Origin: Raphidiopsis brookii D9
GTDB lineage: Bacteria > Cyanobacteriota > Cyanobacteriia > Cyanobacteriales > Nostocaceae
Assembly (NCBI GenBank): GCA_000175855.1
Contig: ACYB01000002.1
Span: 1-27,888, forward strand
Direction: 5' to 3'
Length of the DNA stretch: 27,888 bases
This document shows positions 26,860 through 27,888 of this stretch, piece after piece. The stretch's first letter is position 1. Every line of letters begins with the position of its first letter. Position numbers and translations under genes: made by a program. The notes beneath the pieces are model-generated. The model was not told the DNA's origin, did no database searches, and saw nothing but the letters and a program-made list of their open reading frames with translations.

Positions 26860-27888
26860 CTAACTGCGAATAACCATAATAGTGCGTCCCCCTGGACTAA
26901 TAGCTTCCTCCGTACTAATTCTCTCTCCCATAGGTGGTAATCCGGGACGGCGATCAAAAATCACTAACCAACCTGTATCTAATCCCAACCCATCCAAGTA
27001 TTTATCCAGTTGGGTCAAACCCTTAGTTAGGGGATCTAACTTTTCCCTCCGCACCTTTAACTCTATGCCCATCACCACTTTGCCATAGCGTAAACAAATA
27101 TCCATCCTCCCAGAACCAATGGCATATTCCCGCTCTAAAGTGCCACCACCATTCACTACTCGATGTAAAAATGCCATTAATACTAAATGGGGAGCAATCT
27201 CATGATAGGGCGCACTTCTGAGTAATGGTTCCCCATGTTGTCGCCAAAATTCTAAGAAAGAGTCTAATAGGATTTGAGGGTTGAGTGTGCCATCAGGGTT
27301 TAACCAATTGGGTTCCACCGAGGTTAAAGAGGCGATCGCCACTGCGGCTAAGTTTTTAGGTAAAATCTCTCGATAAATAGGGTTAGCAATTTCTAGTCCA
27401 CCCCCGCGATCTCGACGGCATAAACCCAGATCTAAGACGTATCGTAAGTTGTCTTCTGGCGTATTAGCTAAGTCTTCACCAGCTAACATGGGTTGAATAA
27501 TATCCCTAACCCGCTCTTCCCGCAATCTTTCTGCTAAGCTATCTAAATGAGTATCCTGGCGCTGAATCAGAATTTCTTTGGCTCGGTTAATGACTTCAGC
27601 AGTAATGGGTTCGGTTACATCTTTAACTAAAACTTGGGTAGCTTGACGAGCTAGTGCGTTTACTAACCATGGTTGTCCGTCGGTTAAATAATATGCGCGT
27701 TGAATTGCTTCTGTGGTAAAAACTTGTCCCGTAGCTTGTGTGTGTTGTAAGTAAAGTTCTTCCACTTCCGGTAAAGTAAAATTACTTAAAGTCAAGGATT
27801 CAGCCTTGATATTAAAGGGACTGGAGGTATTGAGTCTTTCACTTCCACCGGACTTAACCTTATAGTCCCGCACATCCCGCATACCAAT
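26860..27888 (-). CDS. ATPase-associated protein with a C-terminal PD-(D/E)XK nuclease domain (partial; N-terminus lies outside the window)
   Basis: The C-terminal EREYAIGSGRMDICLRYGKVVMGIELKV matches the PD-(D/E)XK (DUF1703/PDDEXK_9-type) core. The upstream YLTDGQPWLVNALARQ resembles the lid region of AAA-like/ORC-type ATPases. The frame is open to the window end (..IGMRDVRDYK). Confidence 0.65.
   Translation of the reverse strand: MGMRDVRDYKVKSGGSERLNTSSPFNIKAESLTLSNFTLPEVEELYLQHTQATGQVFTTEAIQRAYYLTDGQPWLVNALARQATQVLVKDVTEPITAEVINRAKEILIQRQDTHLDSLAERLREERVRDIIQPMLAGEDLANTPEDNLRYVLDLGLCRRDRGGGLEIANPIYREILPKNLAAVAIASLTSVEPNWLNPDGTLNPQILLDSFLEFWRQHGEPLLRSAPYHEIAPHLVLMAFLHRVVNGGGTLEREYAIGSGRMDICLRYGKVVMGIELKVRREKLDPLTKGLTQLDKYLDGLGLDTGWLVIFDRRPGLPPMGERISTEEAISPGGRTIMVIRS

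Noticed and set aside
26882-27088. ORF 26882-27088 (+)
   Set aside because: It is antisense to the PD-(D/E)XK domain region of the partial ATPase gene.
1-27888. HIP1 octamers (GCGATCGC; 12 exact copies, e.g. 4039, 5027, 6552, 8685, 9620, 10960, 11016, 16114, 23040, 23684, 24719, 27342)
   Set aside because: They are useful as a cyanobacterial lineage signature, but they are scattered through genes and spacers without local pattern. They are not a discrete feature of this window.

Overview
The window looks like cyanobacterial chromosome, probably Nostocales-like. It is AT-rich, I count 12 exact HIP1 octamers (GCGATCGC), and the gene families are typical of cyanobacteria. I see no rRNA, tRNA, CRISPR array or recognisable IS transposase.

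Layout, left to right:
- 1-169 (-): 5' end of a Uma2-type endonuclease gene.
- 204-2909 (-): a secreted trypsin-like protease and a TPR array, which look like one gene split by a frameshift, followed by an outer-membrane beta-barrel protein with a Pro/Thr/Ser-rich tandem repeat.
- 3201-4915 (-): a 4-Cys Ser/Thr kinase plus a membrane protein that resembles the usual C-terminal half of such kinases.
- 5191-12498 (+): a defence-island-like block. It holds a roughly 1080-aa type ISP/IIG-like N6-adenine methyltransferase broken at a G5 tract, a DEAH helicase relic, two tandem copies of a PD-(D/E)XK-like gene with different lesions, and an HTH-STAND (NB-ARC-like) NTPase.
- 12543-21875 (-): a fermentation cluster of pflA, adhE, pflB, a hydrogenase-maturation-protease relic, and an ADP-forming acetyl-CoA synthetase/GNAT fusion.
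- 22071-26068: a pentapeptide-repeat protein, mnmE, a small Cys-rich protein, hpnA and hpnH.
- 26251-27888 (-): a small secreted protein, a second Uma2 5' fragment, and a partial ATPase/PD-(D/E)XK protein.

The main theme is the number of disrupted or oddly joined reading frames, at least eight in 28 kb. Four of the lesion sites sit at short homopolymer runs. One of them is a pair of compensating frameshifts inside pflB that scrambles 15 conserved residues. This means either homopolymer sequencing error or real gene decay, and only read-level data can decide.

The most plausible candidate for something undescribed is the same-strand association of the PD-(D/E)XK-like gene with the HTH-STAND NTPase, next to the methyltransferase. 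That is inference only.
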